Shown here: in pieces, positions 63,539 to 64,000 of the stretch | Layout: every line of letters begins with the position of its first letter | Numbering within the stretch: position 1 is the stretch's first letter | NCBI GenBank assembly: GCA_963714275.1 | Contig: CAVQNT010000002.1 | Coordinates: 224,001-288,000 of the forward strand | Direction of reading: 5' to 3' | DNA length: 64,000 nt | Source of the DNA: Candidatus Bathyarchaeota archaeon | GTDB lineage: Archaea; Thermoproteota; Bathyarchaeia; Bathyarchaeales; DTEX01 | Position numbers and translations under genes: made by a program | The notes under the pieces: generated by a model | What the model was told of the DNA's origin: nothing | The model's input: the letters and a program-made list of their open reading frames with translations, nothing else | The model's database searches: none

Positions 63539-63990
63539 TTGGCTGATCAAGAATTTTACGAATTCGAGTCCCAGATTGATAAGAAGACAAAGGTCATAGT
63601 TAATGATTTTTCGTTGAAATGTTCTCGTCCAGACATAATAATAGTCAAAATTTTTAAACAACTTGAAAGAAAATGGAAACAAATCGGACAAGCAACAATC
63701 GAAATCACAAACTCAAAAAAAGATGATTGGGTGACATCGAAATTGGTTCAATACGATATGAATATAAAGGATTTAGGGGGAAAGGCATTGGAACCAAAGT
63801 CGTCCAACTAATGCTTGAATATCTTAAACAAAACGGAATAGAAGGAGTATATGGCGAAATAAGCAATGTAGATGATGTTGAAAAGGTAATAAATTTTTGG
63901 AGGAAAAACGGCTTTACAATAACCTTGTATGAAAAACGGGAAGGGCATTTTATAGCAAAAATAAGTTATAATCTGTTTAAAGAAAGATAG
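63539..63990 (+). CDS. GNAT acetyltransferase (one indel)
   Basis: FRGKGIGTKVV...INFWRKNGF. Confidence 0.75.
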
Positions 63991-64000
63991 CAGAAAGTTA

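Overview
Archaeal genomic DNA, probably Bathyarchaeia (inferred from rpl10e, archaeal-type ppsA, TATA/leaderless promoters and the provirus gene families). Host genes (GH2 beta-galactosidase fragment, UDG-like protein, GH9, dcd, rpl10e, ppsA, a divergent enolase, lactonase, sugar isomerase, Gfo/Idh/MocA oxidoreductase) alternate with three accessory blocks. (1) A ~8 kb tyrosine-recombinase element at ~0.45-8.4 kb, whose integrase has Asp in place of the box-I Arg. (2) A ~23 kb integrase-led, AT-rich defence/cargo island at ~18.5-42.1 kb, with a type IIG-like MTase plus nuclease, GmrSD-like, Mrr-like, AbiV and HEPN-like genes, gene fragments and recurring junction motifs. (3) A tailed-virus morphogenesis operon at ~50-63.4 kb with adaptor, tail, tape measure, baseplate hub, His-rich fibre, terminase and an ABC-ATPase/GNAT fusion, but no portal, protease, capsid or sheath in the window. 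Many accessory genes are split by single-base indels, probably long-read errors, so merged coordinates are approximate. The best leads are the head-less tail plus terminase operon, the recurring intergenic motifs (CTAGCTCAGCTAG-like palindromes and GCGCGC tracts) that suggest a cassette-capture system, and ORB-like boxes placed in front of promoters.
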